A DNA stretch of 64,000 nt, from NCBI GenBank assembly GCA_950097015.1, contig CATNEN010000001.1, positions 24,924,001-24,988,000 on the forward strand, given 5' to 3'. The position numbers and the translations under genes are program-made. Below the pieces are notes generated by a model. It was not told the origin of the DNA, did no database searches, and worked only from the letters and a program-made list of their open reading frames with translations. Of the stretch, positions 25,001-38,887 are shown piece by piece (the stretch's first letter is position 1; every line of letters begins with the position of its first letter). The stretch comes from Macrostomum hystrix. Its lineage: Eukaryota > Animalia > Platyhelminthes.

Positions 25001-25934
25001 AAGGGTGAGAGAACTCCACCAATGTGTTTGTCTTTCCTGACTGAGATAAGACCAACTGACATTTTGTGCTCAAGGATAGGGAGCCTAGATTGAGGCTTTA
25101 GAAATAATAAATAGGAAGCTATTGGAAACAAGAGAAAATAATAGAAAGGGTGGAGGAATCTCCGGGGTAGAAGTGTAAAGCAGACCCTGGGGTAGAGGAT
25201 GCACTGGGGTGGAGGTATCTCTGGGGTAGAGGATGCACTGGGGTGGAGGAATCTCTGGGGTAGAGGATGCATGGGGTAGAGGATGCATGGGGTAGAATGA
25301 AACTGGGGTAGGGAGGTACAGGGGTAGAGGAGGCATGGGGGTAGAAGATGCACAGGGGTAGAGGAGGCACGGGGGTAGAAGATGCACAGGGTAGAGGAGG
25401 CACGGGGGTAGAAGATGCACAGGGTAGAGGAGGCACAGGGGTAGAGGAGGCACGGGGGGTAGAAGATGCACAGGGGTAGAGGAGGCACGGGGGTAGAAGA
25501 TGCACAGGGTAGAGGAGGCACAGGGGTAGAGGAGGCACGGGGGGTAGAAGATGCACAGGGTAGAGGAGGCACGGGGGTAGAAGATGCACAGGGTAGAAGA
25601 TGCACAGGGGTAGAGGAGGCACGGGGGTAGAAGATGCACAGGGGTAGAGGAGGCACGGGGGTAGAAGATGCACAGGGTAGAGGAGGCACAGGGGTAGAGG
25701 AGGCACGGGGGTAGAAGATGCACAGGGTAGAGGAGGCACAGAGGTAGAGGAGGCACGGGGGGTAGAAGATGCACAGGGGTAGAGGAGGCACGGGGGTAGA
25801 AGATGCACAGGGTAGAGGAGGCACAGAGGTACAGTATGCACTGAGCTAGTGCAATAAAAGCATGAAACCAACCCATTGCAGAGTTTGTAGTGCTGTTCAA
25901 CCAGTCCTACGGCAAAGACTCTCAGGAGACCTGA
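22046..25934 (+). CDS. Calmodulin-like four-EF-hand protein. Exons 22046-22079, 23071-23214, 24252-24355, 24857-25004, 25882-25934
   Basis: Spliced product MEPFLTEEEFKEMRDAFSIFDQNNSGFIESYELRNVLQAMGQNPT...DGKIDFEEF...AFQVFDRDKNGYISRQEL...ADANEDGRISYKEFVVLFNQSYGKDSQET*. All introns are GT-AG. Too divergent to be canonical calmodulin. Confidence 0.9.
22171..22830. repeat. 20-bp tandem repeat (aaatggcacttgtcctgaca/cctaata)n in calmodulin-like coding intron 1
   Basis: Directly visible. Confidence 0.96.
23235..24207. repeat. 22-bp tandem repeat (tgacattctcccagtgcttcaa)n, about 44 copies, filling nearly all of calmodulin-like coding intron 2
   Basis: Directly visible. Confidence 0.97.
24428..24698 (-). 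mobile_element. SINE family 1 copy in calmodulin-like coding intron 3
   Basis: Reverse complement of the family consensus, 3'-truncated. Confidence 0.8.
25148..25830. repeat. Complex G-rich tandem repeat (ggggtagaggaggcac / gggtagaagatgcac) in calmodulin-like coding intron 4
   Basis: Directly visible; source of the spurious PCASSTP ORFs. Confidence 0.95.
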
Positions 25935-26177
25935 GCGCAGTGTAAAAATATCCGACTACACATCAATCATGGCTAATTCAGAAAATAATGATGCGTCATA
26001 ATTAATTATGCACCTGATTAGTCAAGCGAAACTGATATTGAATTGCAATAGTTTTTTATTTACTGTGTTGTCCACTTTAACTTCTTTTTGGTATCAATTA
26101 ACCCCAAAAAGGATTACAATCCCACTAGAAAGTAGAAAGGGGATTACGCTCGAACAATCCCACTGGTTATACAAAGG

Positions 26178-26612
26178 GGATCACGATCCCACCAGACAGC
26201 ACAAATGAGGATCAGAATCCCACCAGACAGTACAAATGAGGATCACAATCCCACCAGACAGTACAAATGAGGATCAGAATCCCACCAGACAGTACAAATG
26301 AGGATCACAATCCCACCAGACAGTACAAATGAGGATCAGAATCCCACCAGACAGTACAAATGAGGATCAGAATCCCACCAGAAAGTACAAATGAGGATCA
26401 CAATCCCACCAGACAGTACAAATGAGGATCACAATCCCACCAGAAAGTACAAATGAGGATCACAATCCCACCAGAAAGTACAAATGAGGATCACAATCCC
26501 ACCAGAAAGTACAAATGAGGATCAGAATCCCACCAGACAGTACAAATGAGGATCAGAATCCCACCAGACAGTACAAATGAGGATCAAAATCCCACCAGAA
26601 AGTACAAATGAG
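26178..26612. repeat. 31-bp tandem repeat (aatgaggatcacaatcccaccagacagtaca)n
   Basis: Directly visible. Confidence 0.95.
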
Positions 26613-27298
26613 ATCTACGAAATCCTGCAGGAAGTTAGAAGTTGGTAAAAATATCACTGATTGAAAATGCATCTCCATAACAACTTGGAACCTATTGCTT
26701 TGAGGTTTCTACTGGTCAAAAACGGGTAGCAAACAAAACAGAAAAAATTCACTGATTTCTATCCAGCTAAGTTATTGTTTAAAATTTGCCGAATAAATTG
26801 CCTAATACAAAGCAATAAATTGCCCTTCCCAATGGCAGTATTGATGAGCTGTCTCAGTTCATTTATTTAGAAATCGTTGCACAACACTTATGTACGCACA
26901 AAAGTTGATACAAAAAAACAAAAAAACAAACTTTCATAAATATATTGTTTAACGTGAACCGATACAGTTTTAAAAAGTGAAAGTTCCGAAATCACACATA
27001 GATGGGTTCATTGTGTTCGCTTTTATATATTTCAACTTCAAATAAAGGCACAGCCAAAATGTAAGCTATGATGTAAGCTGGCTTAGTTAGCTGCAATGAC
27101 CATAGCAGAATTATAAATATAGAATTAGATCAGAAAGCATTCTAAGAAACAGCGCTAGAAACTGCAACATTAAAAAAGCTCAAAACAATATTTTCATTTC
27201 CATTGGGCCTTTGAAAGATAAGAATCTGCTAGATTTATAACAAAACTGGTCGATTTGAAAATCTTCCCAGATGTGCTAAGTTGAAGGCCTGACAAACT

Positions 27299-27504
27299 GA
27301 CTGTGAAGGGCTCCTGACAGGACTATGAAGGGCTCCTGACAGGACTATGAAGGGCTCCTGACAGGACTATGAAGGGCTCCTGACAGGACTATGAAGGGCT
27401 CCTGACAGGACTGTGAAGGGCTCCTGAGAGGACTATGAAGGGCTCCTGACAGGACTATGATGGGCATCTGACAGGACTATGAAGGGAACCTGACGGGACT
27501 GTGA
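27299..27504. repeat. 22-bp tandem repeat (tgaagggctcctgacaggacta)n just downstream of the GDP-fucose synthase stop codon
   Basis: Directly visible. Confidence 0.93.
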
Positions 27505-27517
27505 ATAGCAGAGTCCT

Positions 27518-29214
<1,697 letters not shown>

Positions 29215-30132
29215 ACTTATGTGAGGCTGACTCGAATATTTTGTGTAAAAAATACAAAGACCAGGATTTGGCACAAGAACAGTCTGAAATATAAACAGGA
29301 TGTATACAATAGTAGGCTTTATATATAATAGAAATACTAGGAGACTAGGAGATTACATTATGTTGAAAACCTGATTTCAACAACTGTATAGTGTATACAT
29401 TAAAATTTGAAAATAAATTGGTAAAGCAAAAACATTTCTAGAATTAGCAGACAATAGGCAGGTATTTTGTGATAAAAACTTGAAAAACTTAAAAATAGTT
29501 TTTTTGCTTTCATTAATGAGTTTTGTCCATTGTTTGTATTTGTTAAGCATGGTTTGTTTAGCATTTCTAACAAATCACAACTTTACATGAGTATTTTACT
29601 AAAATATAATAGTCAAAATTAGGTCTCAAAAGAGGCAAATAGTTAGCTTGAGTAGTATCCTAAGTCTAACCTACTATGTTGCTTGTTATTCTAAGAAATA
29701 GTGAGGCCAAGGATATAGTTACAGCTTTGTGACAGATTTTAGACTTTATTCAAGGCATTCGTTAGTCTGCAAACCAATTAGTCACCATCCCAATGCCATC
29801 AGCACAGTTAGTAGAGTGACTTCATCTGGCTATGGAGTTTCTAAAGTATGTTTTTCTACTTTTACTGATAAAGCCTTGACAAAAAGCCTAACTTCAACTA
29901 TTACTTGCTGAAGGTCTAGCAGTTCCACCTAGGTAAAGTTCAATGACCACTAAAGTAAGCACATTTGGGTGACATGCAAAATTATATAACTTTAAGGAAT
30001 TTTATGTATAGGCCTAGTGCAAATTTATATAGGCCTATAGCCATTATAGGGAGATTGAATAAACTAGCTTTCTAATGAGAAAAATCAGGTTTTTGGCCAA
30101 AACCATTGAATATCTAATTGGTCCTAAAATGA

Positions 30133-30552
30133 GGATCCTAGACACTTCGTCATCTTACAACTTTGTCATCCACCTAGAAGGTAGGACACTTCGTCATCCA
30201 GCCAATTGGCATGCTTTAAAATTTGATCAGTTCGTCATCTACTAATAACAAGCAATCAAGCTTGACATCAATAAAGTGAGGGTGGGGTGGTGGGGCAGAG
30301 GTGTGAACACACTTCACACTCTAAATTGTCAAAAAGAGGTGTCAAAACTGATTTCATTATAAGAGTTGAAAGATAGGTGCCAACACAATGTGAGGAGGGG
30401 TCACGGTGGTTCTGTTCTAACTTTGAAAACTTATTGTTTTATAGATGACGAAGTGTCCACAAGTCTAAGTCTCTTCGTCATCTACCGCTGAGATATTGGA
30501 CAGATCGTCATCTGGATGACGAAATTGTAAGATGACGAAGTGTCCAGGTACC
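30133..30552. mobile_element. Non-autonomous DNA transposon (Mutator-like MITE)
   Basis: About 40-bp TIRs (ggatcctagacacttcgtcatcttacaa... / ...ttgtaagatgacgaagtgtccaggtacc), flanked by ctaaaatg(a/g) direct repeats at 30124-30132 and 30553-30561. Confidence 0.8.
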
Positions 30553-32884
30553 CTAAAATGGCTAACAACATAATGTTGGTTTCAGAAGATCCACAAGAAA
30601 AAGTTGGCCCATGTTCTTGACTTTTGTATGCTTGCATTGCTCTGTTCTGGTGTAACACAAAATTTTTCAAAAAATTAATTTAAGAGTAGAACTACCAGGG
30701 GGAATTCCCACTTGGTAGGCCTAGTTTTACTGTTAATTGCCTAAAAATGACAATGCAGTGTGCTAGGCCTAATCATATGTTTCACAAAAAATTCTTCTTT
30801 TCTTTTGTAATTGTAGACCTGTACCCTAAAGTAATTTTTTGCAATAAAAGGTAGGCCTAGACACAAGTACAAAGACTAAAAGTTTGAACTAGAAAATTTA
30901 GCCAACTTTTGAAAGTCTTGACTTTGTAAATGTCTTAACGAACCACACAGGTGTGTTACCACAGGTGTGGTAGGTTACCAGACAGTACATACACAACAGC
31001 CTACAGGGTTATTGGGCATAAGACAAAAGCATAGAAAAAATCTGCATCTCAGACCATATTGAATAATATTAAATGATATTAAATCATTCAACATGAATTT
31101 GAAAATGATACTTAAAATACTTTGAGTCGTTCGTATAGCACTTGCAGCTCTGAATGCAAAAAAGCAAAATTATAAATAATGCCTTATTTTCTTGTCAGTT
31201 TTAATATCACATTCTAAAATAATGTTATAGCTTTACAAGTTTCTAATTTAGTACTAAATGTAGTATTTAGTACTAAATACTAAAAATATAACTAACGTGT
31301 TCAGGACTCTAGGGTCGGGGGTGCGTCATTTGCACACCACCACCAGGTGTGACAGTGTGCGTTCGTGAGTGAATGAATGTGATCGATCTTGAGTAGGCCT
31401 AGTATTATTAGTAGTCCGAAATTGGCTCAGCCAAACTGCCAGTAACACGATATGATCGAAATTTAACGCGACATAATAACTAGGCCTACTGACTACTGTA
31501 TAAATAACTTAAAATGTCGAAAATTAAGAAAACTCGACGCTTTTGTAGCGCGATTTTCTTGCCACATTTGAATGTGCGGATTTACTGTAACTTTCCATAT
31601 TTAAACTGAAATTTGCGATGTAATTTTGTACTAGTATTATATTGTTTTCGTACTGTACTTCCTTTATCTACTGTAATTTACTGTATTCGTATTTGTTTTA
31701 ATGTTTGTTACTCAAATACTGCACGTCATCACGAACCCTTACTCTATACGCTGATTGGCTCAGCTTATATTAAAATGCACTCGAGGGTGATTGGCGGCCT
31801 ACTACTCGTGCGGCTGGCGTCTAAGTGAAAGATAAGTTCAGGTTTACATTTATTACCAGTCCACACGAATTGAAAAGCAGTTCAGTAACGCGAAACTGTT
31901 ACATTTTGCCTATTTTAATTTTCAGTTTAGTAATACTAAACAATGAGCACGAAAGTTGCTTCTTGATTTAAATGTCATTTGCACTGTGAGCTCGGTCTGT
32001 AAAAACTAGTATCGAGTTAGCCTAGAATCTAGTGCCGCTTTTGTTGTTGTCACATTAGCCTTTGCTTTTATATTATCGAATTACGGGTGGGTTTGCGTCT
32101 TTCCAGTTAGGGCCTACAATCGCCACCTCCACTGGACCAACGCCACCGCCCCCACTCTACCCGTTGAGCTGGAGCCCTATAGAGAGCGACCCGGCGGATC
32201 GCGTTCCGCGGTTTACCCCTGCGTGAGCGAGAAGTCAAAATACGTCACGTCAACCAGGCCAGCCGGTATTAGGGCCTCGCTCTACTCCCAAAGGCTGGTA
32301 AGATCGAGCAATGTCCCGGACCTGTCACCTGCACCGTATGCAAGTTTCACGAACATTGCCGCTTCGCAGCCTCGCCCTTCCGGCTTCAGTGTCAGGCGCA
32401 ACTGATCCTGAAATTGACTGGTACGCTGCCGAAATTATGGTACTGCACCAACTGATCAAGGCTCGTCGCCAGCAAATGCTCACTAGCTTACATCGGACCC
32501 TGCTGTACCGACACGCGTCTGACACCGCCAGCCACTGCTGGTTCAACGTGGAGAGCCCTGGCGGGCCGTCACCGCTTGTGCCAACTGTTGTGCAACTGCA
32601 TCATCTCATTTTTCATCCTCCGGCCCTTCCTGTTCCGCCTCAGCCTGCCCAGTGCGTCAATTCAATAACTGGCGGAGGTGGGCTGTTACTGCTGATTCAC
32701 CACTCTATCCATTACAATTCCCTGCTTCCAGCCCAAGCATGACCATTAGTCGCGCTTCGATAGGTCTGAACTGGAACAGTAAATTAGAGGCACGTGGGCT
32801 GGTGCCTTGTAAAATTCTCACTTGAAAGAACTTTGAGAGCTTTGCTCATGTGTCGATTTTGTAAAACAACACAATCGATTGACT

Positions 32885-32898
32885 GTTGCCATGGCAAC
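32885..32898. promoter_or_regulatory. Perfect palindromic RFX X-box GTTGCCATGGCAAC
   Basis: Exact match to the RFX consensus palindrome. The target gene is unknown. Confidence 0.5.
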
Positions 32899-33901
32899 AC
32901 GATTATGTATGAGTTGTATGATGTATGAGAGTTACTGAAGGCTTAATATGCGTGTTACAACAAGAAAAATAATAAGAGATTAAATGTGCGTCTCTTAATT
33001 GCTTTCGTATCCCTTAATTGCCTTTTAAAAGCTTGTTCCGTTACAGTCTTTCACGACCTAAACCGTCCATTAATTTTCGCTATTATGCCTACTTACCCAC
33101 CTGCAATTAGCGGGGTCAATTACCAGTTTGAGATAATGCAGGGGGCTGTTCGATTTGGATGTTACGTTTATTGGTTTATAACTCATAACGCCGTATGTAT
33201 ACGAGCTACACGCACGCCCAAACTCCTCATCTTTGCCATCTCCTTTGTCTCTAGGCGCAGTGCAAAAGATTCGCAGTATCTTCAGTGCATAGAGAGTCCC
33301 AAAATAGCTTGCCGGTACTTCAAAACAGGAAAATTAAAAGGCTCTCTCTGTGATGTTTGCAGACAGTTTATTTATTAATTAAAAACAATTTGCTATCTTT
33401 TTGACGCAGAAAAGTGGAACAGACTTCACTAATGCATGCTTCGGGTTCAGAAGAACCAGCAAAAATGGCTTTCCGCACAATCTGTACTTTTTTGTCTGTT
33501 TAATTTCTCTATCCGTCGTTAGCTTAGCAAGTGCCACATTTTTAACAGATGATCTTCAAAGCTAGGAAATAAAAAAAAATAGCATAGATCCCATTGAGAC
33601 ACTGAAATGATTCACGTTGAATCAAAATAACAAAACTGAATGAGATACCGGTCCGAAATACATAGAAAAAACGCTTTATCGCAGATCTGAGAATTGCCGC
33701 AGCATTTGTAATTTCGAATGAGCCTCTGCTTGGAGAAGATCGGCAGCCCTGACTGGCTGAATGAGAAAGCCAGTCAGCATTGCACAGGTATTTTTGCGTA
33801 TTGTGAATTGTCACTCAGGCTATAAAAAGCAAGGAATCTGGAAAAGATAAATAAATGGCCTAGAAGAATTGCCTGCAAAAAGTGATATTTTCGACAAAAA
33901 C

Positions 33902-35398
33902 ATGCGCATTGTGAACTCAAGAGCCTTAGAAGTGACATTTGTTGCTATTCTTTCTGCCAGCATCATCCGCTGGTCCACAGCCACAAGTTGCCAGATCCAA
34001 AGCCGAGTAAAATGGACAAAAGTTTCAGGGTGCCCGGCGAATGGAGTCTCGCCGATGCTTTCGGTTGAGCAGCTCAGCAGGCAGCAGTGCGCCATGCTGT
34101 GTGCCAGGCAGCCCTGGTGCGCGGCCCTCACCTCACCTGACAGCAACGGCTCGGGCACTTGCCGCCTTTTCACTGCGGAGACTGTCCTGCTGGACTGGAA
34201 TGCCTTCTGCGCCTCTGCTGCCGGACCATCCGCAATCGCCATGGCCTCCAGCGAGAGACTGACGGCCTTTCAAACAGGTGAGTGCTTGCTCCTGCTGCGT
34301 CAATTCGGGCAGCAATCTGAAACTCTTTCATCCTCGATCAACAGAGTACCTGGCCGCGCGAAACGTGACCCGCAAGCGGCTCTACATTCCCTACAACTCG
34401 GCGAAGATCCTCGCTGCCTGGGCGCAGCCGCAGCCAGAGGCGGCGTCGCTCATTGGCTGCGTTGCCAAATGCGCTGGAGTGCCAGCCTGTCGAGGCGTTC
34501 TGCACAACTCCAGCAACTGCTCCCTGCTCACCGACCACCCGCTGTGCCGCTGGTTCCAGCAGCCTCCGAATGCCTCACAGCTGGCTGTTTACGTGAGTAT
34601 CGACTAACTCTGCATCGTTCTGTGGCTTCTCTCTTCTAGCTTCTTTCATCGGCTCTCATGAAGCTTTCAACGTCGTTAATAATTCTCTCGCAGGACTTTC
34701 ACACAATGGCTTCGCATCAGTGCTTCGAAACTGTGAACCTGCGAGTCTCAGACGCTCTGGACTTTGACAGGTTGTGGGCGGATTACAAAGCTGGCTTCGG
34801 AACTTACCACAGCAACTACTTTGTGGGTGAGAACTGTAGACGTGCAAAACGCTAGAAAAGTGTAGAGTGCAGACTGGACTTACCGTTCGATACTCTGATA
34901 ATGTACGAGTAATACTCAGTTAGAAAATGTTTGTGCAACCCAGGTCTGGAGTGGCTGCACAGCCGAACCAGCGCTCAGCCCAGCAACAACAGGTTCCGAG
35001 TGGACCTGCTGTACTGGGATGAGACCTACATCTATGCCTACTACCTGAACGTACTCATTCTGGCTGAGAGCACCAACTACACTGTCTCTGCTGCCACCTT
35101 CTCACCGGGCGGAGGTCTCAATGACTGTCTCTTTGGCACAATGAACCGGCAGTTCGTGACCAGAGATCGCGGTTGGAGCGATTGTCCTGCGAACTGCGCT
35201 GCGGCCTACCTGCCACACTGGCATAAGTGCTGCCACAGCTCCGGGCCCTTTGGAAAGTACTTTAACTACCCGATAGCTCTAAACTTGTTGCCAGCCGACA
35301 GGGCCAAGGGAATTGTCTGGTCTTGCAATGCACCGGCCAATGTCACTGATGGCTGGTATTACAGCTTCAAGCAGCTGGAGATTCTCATGCTATCTTGA
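33902..35398 (+). CDS. Secreted PAN-PAN-fibrinogen-related domain protein, copy A. Exons 33902-34277, 34345-34592, 34694-34826, 34944-35398
   Basis: Hydrophobic leader. PAN-like CAMLCARQPWCAAL...CRLF and CVAKCAGVPACRGV...CSLL. FReD motifs DFDRLWADYKAGFG, YFVGLEWLH, RVDL..WD...YAYY, ESTNYT, MN.QFVTRDR, GIVW, YSFKQLEILM. Splice phases are consistent. Confidence 0.85.
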
Positions 35399-35651
35399 GT
35401 GTGCAACTTGGAGAGTAAATTGTAAAGCAGTTGGACTTAAGTTTTAGCAGATAAGTGTCTGTCATAAATTAAAAACTGACTAATTAGGGACAACTTTATC
35501 GCACATTCAATACTGATGTGTGTGCTACCAATGGTGTCTGTTCTATTGCAAAAGATTTTGACAGTAAATTTCTGCACTGGTTTCTGACATGTTTGCAATA
35601 GCAACCTGATGCTGCTTAACAGAACAGTCTTTAAACAATGCTGCGTTAAAA

Positions 35652-35701
35652 TGCAGCAGCAGCAACAACAGCATCAGCAGCAGCATCAGCAGCAGCAGCA
35701 G
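35652..35701. repeat. (CAG)n-type microsatellite
   Basis: Directly visible; no coding context. Confidence 0.85.
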
Positions 35702-36084
35702 CCTGTTTGTACGAGCAGTCACAAAAATCTAACAAAGCTTTTCCCCTGCGACAATAGCAGAGTCAAGCACAAAATTAGGCTAGTGAAAAAAGGAAAAATC
35801 GTCTATTTGCTTAGCAGCTTGTATAGTTTTCAAAAATTACATTCAGCTGTACTGAAGTGCCGACTAGAGAATCTTAAGATATTGGCGGAGAATTCTTAAG
35901 AACTCTTCTGCATGTTGAGAACATATCGAAAAATCCAGGGAAGCATTCGCAGCAAATTCACCCAAATTGCATTAACGCTTTGAGACATCAAATATAGCAA
36001 GAATTCACGAAAAGCTTTATTTTTCGCGTTTTTTTATTTCGCGAATGTCTTTATGGAATAAGAAGACATCAAAAGTTAATTAAG

Positions 36085-36243
36085 AGTGTGTGCGTGCATT
36101 ATGGGTACAGTATCTGTGTGAGTGTGCTCGGGAGTCAGCGGAATCGGCAGAATTGCCTCTCGCTGGCTTCGCGTCTACCATTTCCAAATGACATTGCGCC
36201 TGTGTGCCTTCAGCTCTCCTGAGACTATTATTGTTATTATTAC
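36085..36243 (+). mobile_element. SINE family 1, 3' fragment
   Basis: ggagtcagcggaatcggcagaattgcctctcgctggc followed by a (TTA) tail. Confidence 0.7.
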
Positions 36244-36654
36244 CATCTGTCATGAGACGTAAGTTTGGTCACTAGCGAAATCGATTTATAGTCTCACGGC
36301 AGTGACAATGCTACAGCTGTACTCAGACTTAAATATGATCAAGGACTAGTAGAACTAATGTTGCACTCTCATATGCTGTCAGTTTTTATGGTTGCATATA
36401 GTTATAGTCTAGCTACATGCCACCATCTCTTTAGCAAAAAAACGAATACGGAGATGGACCAGCTGGCCAAGGCCAGTGCTGATAACAAACAGCACTTATC
36501 ATGCCGCTAATGCATCACTTTGTGATAGCGACCCAAAAAGGTGGCTGCAATTATGTTTACTTGCTAGAAATTTATGCGAAAAATGCAAAAGTACTGTTAA
36601 AATTTAATAACAGTCTGTTTAGTTAGTGAATATAGTTTATATTCTATATAAAAA

Positions 36655-36908
36655 ACTATCAATGTAGACATACTTTTTATGCTCACAAAATTTCATCATG
36701 AAACCATGTCGGCTAACATTGTTTATTTATTTTGAATTGATTAAACGGTTAAGATTTCTTTTTGAACCAATATGGATTCGCCGTAAAGGTTTAAACAGAG
36801 CAATGTTACTTGTCCTTGTCACCAGGGTCTTTGACAAGAATCGCTGAATATCTCGGCGATGCTGACTCGGACGGCTTTGAAAGTTAGTTCCACGTAGAGG
36901 GCGGAAAT
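36655..36908. mobile_element. Inverted-repeat MITE-like family copy (reverse orientation relative to 59225) abutting FReD fragment B
   Basis: Reverse complement of 59230-59485. Confidence 0.7.
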
Positions 36909-36913
36909 TAGAG

Positions 36914-37256
36914 AGTCTCAATGACTGTCTATTTGGCACAATGAACCTGCAGTTCGTGACCAGAGATCGCGGTTGGAGCGATTGTCCTGCGAACTGCGCT
37001 GCGGCCTACCTGCCGCAGTGGCACAAGTGCTGCCACTGCTCGGGACCCTTTGGAAAGTACTTTAACTACCCGATAGCTCTAAACTTGTCGTCAGCCGACA
37101 GGGCCAAGGGCATTGTCTGGGCTTGCAATGCACCGGCCAATGTCACTGATGGCTGGTATTACAGCTTCAAGCAGCTGGAGATTCTCATGCTATCTTGAGT
37201 GTGCAACTTGGAGAGTAAATTGTAAAGCAGTTGGACTCAAGTTCTAGCAGATAAGT
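36914..37256 (+). pseudogene. Fragment B: 3' half of the FReD exon plus proximal 3' UTR, nearly identical to copy A
   Basis: Matches 35115-35455 including the post-stop sequence. No acceptor or upstream exons. Confidence 0.85.
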
Positions 37257-38429
37257 CGAAATTCATTGTGCTGCTATGGAAAACGCAACCGAGGTTGTCA
37301 CCTTTTAAACTGGCATATTGTCACAGGGAGTTTTCTATTTGATTCCCATCCCTAAGTCCATATAGGGCCGGCAGAGAAGTTCCGAAATATAACTAGCTTC
37401 TCCCTCTAGTCAGTCCTCCTCCTAGTCTGCACCTGTCGGATTATAATCCTCCAATTCTTCGCATCTTTTGGGCCTTCGCCTTCGTCTTACGTTTTCATGT
37501 ACTTTTAGTCCCCTTAACACATTAGTTGCAGCTAACCTTATTTATTGTCTGTGACCTCATCCATTTGCGTTTACCACTTTTATATCTATTGTACAAGACC
37601 ACCTCTCCGTTACAGGTTCTCTTAGCGTGTAAGCGTGCCCTCAAGCGTGTCCATGTTCCTTTCTATCTGCCTTACCTTTTGCTTCCACTGCCACTAAATA
37701 AACTCTATCCAAACTGCTAATTAGTTTGTTGTCCAAGCGACAGCATCCATTTGGTGTCCTGAGCTGCATGCTACTCAGCAGTTCACACTCATAAAGTAGC
37801 TGAAACTAGGGGAAAATTCTAGATTAATGCAACTGAAAAACTATGTGCCTTGGTGCGAAATGTGTTCGTGTTTGCAAAACATTTTTTCAGGAATACTAAT
37901 GGCCATCAAGCGAGGCTATAGAACCCACAATTGAGTTGAGTTGAGTATAGATTTTTTAACGAAAATACTGCGGAAAATAAATAATCCAAGAGCACGGAAA
38001 TGAGTAATTTGATCTAATTGTGAACAAGCCTTTAACCGCTGAACCATGATATTCTCGACCGAGTGCTGCGATGTGGCACCTTTGGCTGTGCAGCCAGCAA
38101 TATTTTTCAGCCTGATAAGCGTTTCATGTCGGCAAATCAAAACTAAATTTGCATTTCCCTCAAAGTACTGTACAAGCGTACAGTAGTTCCGTGATTAATC
38201 AAAACATTTTTCATGTATAGGAGAAGCTCATAGGGAGGAAGTAATGGGAAAACTCAAAACAAGAATTTTGGCGAGACTAATCAAAATTCTATTTCTTTAA
38301 TTTCTGAAACGACCTGAAAAACAGGAAGAATTGATAAAACCTAAAAACTTTTCAAGTGAGAGTCACTTCCTTCTACTAATAGTGATAATATAGTACTAGC
38401 AAAGCACAAGTACATAATCTGCATGCAGG

Positions 38430-38887
38430 TCTGGAGTGGCTGCACAGCCGAACCAGCGCTCAGCCCAGCAACAAACAACAGGTTCCGAGTGGACCTGCTG
38501 TACTGGGATGAGACCTACATCTATGCCTACTACCTGAACGTACTCATTCTGGCTGAGAGCACCAACTACACTGTCTCTGCTGCCACCTTCTCACCGGGCG
38601 GAGGTCTCAGCAACTGTCTCTTTGGCACAATGAACCTGCAGTTCGTGACCAGAGATCGCGGTTTGAGCGATTGTCATGCGAACTGCGCTGCGGCCTACCT
38701 GCCGCACTGGCACAAGTGCTGCCACAGCTCGGGACCCTTTGGAAAGTACTTCAACTACCCGACTGCGCTGAATGTGCCCGCTGCTGACAGGGCCAAGGGC
38801 ATTGTCTGGGCGCCTAACGCACCCGGTAACATAATAGACGGCTTTTATTACAGCTTCAAGCAGCTGGAGATTCTCATGCTCACCTGA
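38430..38887 (+). pseudogene. Fragment C: orphan terminal FReD exon with a 4-nt insertion frameshift
   Basis: An acceptor cag|gtctggagtgg is present, but cccagcaacaaacaacagg replaces cccagcaacaacagg of the intact copies. No PAN exons found upstream. Confidence 0.8.

Noticed and set aside
32100-32760. GC-richer segment with a 143-aa ORF (32311-32742)
   Set aside because: No recognisable motif, ATG context or splice structure. It may be a decayed transposon piece but cannot be supported.
33869-34639. Apparent frameshift between the two PAN domains in copies A and E, suggesting pseudogenes or recoding
   Set aside because: Explained by a 67-nt GT-AG intron, matched by a longer intron at the same position in copy D.
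35609-35899. PolyQ-containing ORF
   Set aside because: A short CAG microsatellite in AT-rich intergenic sequence with no splice or homology support.
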